35,776 nucleotides of DNA. Source: a virus. Lineage: Duplodnaviria > Caudoviricetes. The stretch spans positions 1-35,776 of IMG/VR virus record IMGVR_UViG_3300012952_000051. One strand, 5' to 3'. A program made the position numbers and the translations under genes. Below the pieces are notes generated by a model that was not told the origin of the DNA, ran no database searches, and saw only the letters and a program-made list of their open reading frames with translations. This document shows, one piece after another, positions 34,483 to 35,776 of the stretch (position 1 is the first letter of the stretch; every line of letters starts with the position of its first letter).

Positions 34483-34731
34483 ATGATGGCGTTTAACAAT
34501 ATTCACACTGTGAAGGTCGGTGATCTTGTACGACGAGATCGCGGCTTCGGAAATGGAGAGCTGTTCATGGTGGTTGATGTCCAGGGCGAGCCCTGCCCGC
34601 TCAGATCTCACGAGATGACCCTGAAGCTATGGGAAGTTACAGAGCCTCCAGGCCACCACCATCATGCTCCGGCTAGCTTTTATATGATTGTCGGAGGAAA
34701 ATATGAATCAGATCTCTACGGGTCCAACTAG
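34483..34731 (+). CDS. MKVGDLV-family small protein
   Basis: VKVGDLVRR; SD GGAGG. Confidence 0.7.
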   Translation: MMAFNNIHTVKVGDLVRRDRGFGNGELFMVVDVQGEPCPLRSHEMTLKLWEVTEPPGHHHHAPASFYMIVGGKYESDLYGSN

Positions 34732-34734
34732 CAT

Positions 34735-35079
34735 ATGAAACACAAGCAAGCCATGTGCGGGTATTGTGCCAAGCGAGGGCACACCAGACGATCGTGCGCG
34801 TTGAGAAAGCGGCACGAAAAGATGTTTGACACCGCAATCTTTCCGCAAATCTTCAAGCCTGGAGATCTGGTGGTCACTGCGTTAGCTCCACCCCGGTACA
34901 AAGACGAGCACCCACGAGGATGGGGGACAGAACCAGAAGGCACGCTAGCGATGGTTACTAGCGGACCCATTGAACATTATCATTCGTGGGGTGGACTCTA
35001 CGATATTGTTTACGTTTCAGGAGATAGCACCGGTACGACAAGTCAGATTTGTGCTGATTTTGTTAGACCGACAACTTAA
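34735..35079 (+). CDS. CCHC zinc knuckle fused to an MKVGDLV-family domain
   Basis: CGYCAKRGHTRRSC followed by FKPGDLVV. Confidence 0.75.
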   Translation: MKHKQAMCGYCAKRGHTRRSCALRKRHEKMFDTAIFPQIFKPGDLVVTALAPPRYKDEHPRGWGTEPEGTLAMVTSGPIEHYHSWGGLYDIVYVSGDSTGTTSQICADFVRPTT

Positions 35080-35103
35080 TTCACATACTTTAGTGCTTAT
35101 ATT
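35076..35103 (+). promoter_or_regulatory. Repeated promoter-like motif, copy 12 (upstream of tRNA-Lys)
   Basis: TTAA-N13-GTGCTTATATT. Confidence 0.7.
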
Positions 35104-35119
35104 TTAAGTATCAGATTAT

Positions 35120-35195
35120 GCCTCTTTAGCTCAGTTGGTAGAGCACGCGGCTTTTAACCGCTAGGTCGTAGGTTCGATCCCTACAGGGGGCACCA
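35120..35195 (+). tRNA. tRNA-Lys (UUU)
   Basis: Cloverleaf; GCGG-CTTTTAA-CCGC; encoded CCA. Confidence 0.92.
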
Positions 35196-35210
35196 AACAC
35201 AGGAGATCCA

Positions 35211-35606
35211 GTGGGATACCGTTCAGAAGTAGTTTTGGCTGTAACAAAGCAAGCCGCGCCATACTTCATGGCGATGCTAGCCAAAAGTCCAGATACCAAA
35301 CGATTGTGTGAAACCGCTGACGAGTTTACCCCCGACTTCGATGAAGAAGGCGGCTGGTTAGTTCGCTGGAGCAATATCAAGTGGTACGAAGGATATCCAG
35401 AAGTTGATGTAATCAATGATTTTGTTGAGGCGATGAGTTCAGATGATCTAGCTCAATATGGAGAACTGGAGTCTAGTTCAATCGAATGGTCTGAACACTT
35501 CATTTTCGTGAGAGTTGGTGAGGAATGTGATGATATCCGTCAAGAAGGTTACGGACCATGGCCAATCTTCCCACAAACTTCAATTCATATTGGCAAAGAT
35601 ACTTAA
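35211..35606 (+). CDS. Conserved phage hypothetical protein (MGYRSEV...WSNIKWYEGYPEV...RVGEE)
   Basis: 131 aa; GTG start after AGGAG. Confidence 0.7.
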   Translation: MGYRSEVVLAVTKQAAPYFMAMLAKSPDTKRLCETADEFTPDFDEEGGWLVRWSNIKWYEGYPEVDVINDFVEAMSSDDLAQYGELESSSIEWSEHFIFVRVGEECDDIRQEGYGPWPIFPQTSIHIGKDT

Positions 35607-35630
35607 TTAGCACCTTAGCGTGCTTACTAT
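35603..35630 (+). promoter_or_regulatory. Repeated promoter-like motif, copy 13
   Basis: TTAA-N13-GTGCTTACTAT. Confidence 0.7.
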
Positions 35631-35651
35631 TCAAACATGAGAGGTAAAAAC

Positions 35652-35776
35652 ATGAAACCGTGGACCGTCATTCTTAAAGAGTGCCCAGAATCCTTTACGC
35701 CCAGCTATACCCGCGAAGCGTTCCTTCCATATAACAGCACAGATGCATGGGATCGAGCGTGTAACCTTTATGGTAA
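35652..35776 (+). CDS. Hypothetical protein, 3'-truncated by the window edge
   Basis: ATG after GAGGT; open to the end of the window; in-frame upstream ATG at 35637. Confidence 0.5.
   Translation, partial: MKPWTVILKECPESFTPSYTREAFLPYNSTDAWDRACNLYG

Noticed and set aside
24112-35079. Diversity-generating retroelement as the source of array variation
   Set aside because: No reverse transcriptase in the window and no template/variable repeat pair differing only at adenines was seen.
174-35416. Most minus-strand ORFs and nested alternative-frame ORFs in the track (e.g. 10056-10526, 25915-26289, 33189-33578, 28666-28878, 35126-35416)
   Set aside because: They are shadows of well-supported plus-strand genes or tRNAs and have no recognisable motifs.
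25470-35630. Integron attC sites (stop codons overlapping YTTAAC resemble the RYYYAAC inverse core)
   Set aside because: No matching GTTRRRY core, no long imperfect palindrome and no integrase in the window; the motif fits a promoter better.
1-35776. Alternative genetic code (stop-codon reassignment) as in some huge phages
   Set aside because: Conserved enzymes are full length under code 11, TAA/TAG/TGA all end genes at expected positions, and no suppressor tRNA was found.

Overview
This is a 35.8-kb, almost entirely plus-strand, densely coding segment that looks like part of a large (jumbo/huge) bacteriophage genome. The left ~23 kb is an AT-rich core and auxiliary-metabolism region. It carries a class II ribonucleotide reductase (3' end), GroES and GroEL (14 kb apart), a lytic transglycosylase, cysteine synthase, DNA polymerase III alpha (DnaE), dUTPase, IMPDH/GMP reductase, ClpP, an amidase endolysin, glutaredoxin, a cupin, a PAP2 enzyme, peptide deformylase and adenylosuccinate synthetase, interspersed with acidic, probably virion proteins. 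The right ~12 kb is a putative early/host-takeover region with 5 canonical tRNAs, one aberrant tRNA-like gene, UvsE and a deaminase. Its most striking feature is an array of about 29 small paralogous 'MKVGDLV' (KOW/SH3-like) genes. Eleven of these are joined to the upstream gene by a conserved 14-nt overlap that encodes the upstream C-terminus and stop and the next N-terminus, with the next SD immediately 5' of it. The array is punctuated by 13 copies of an unusual promoter-like motif, TWAA-N13-RTGCT-TAnnnT. Three candidate promoter classes are visible in the window. All functional calls come from motif recognition by eye; no database searches were run.
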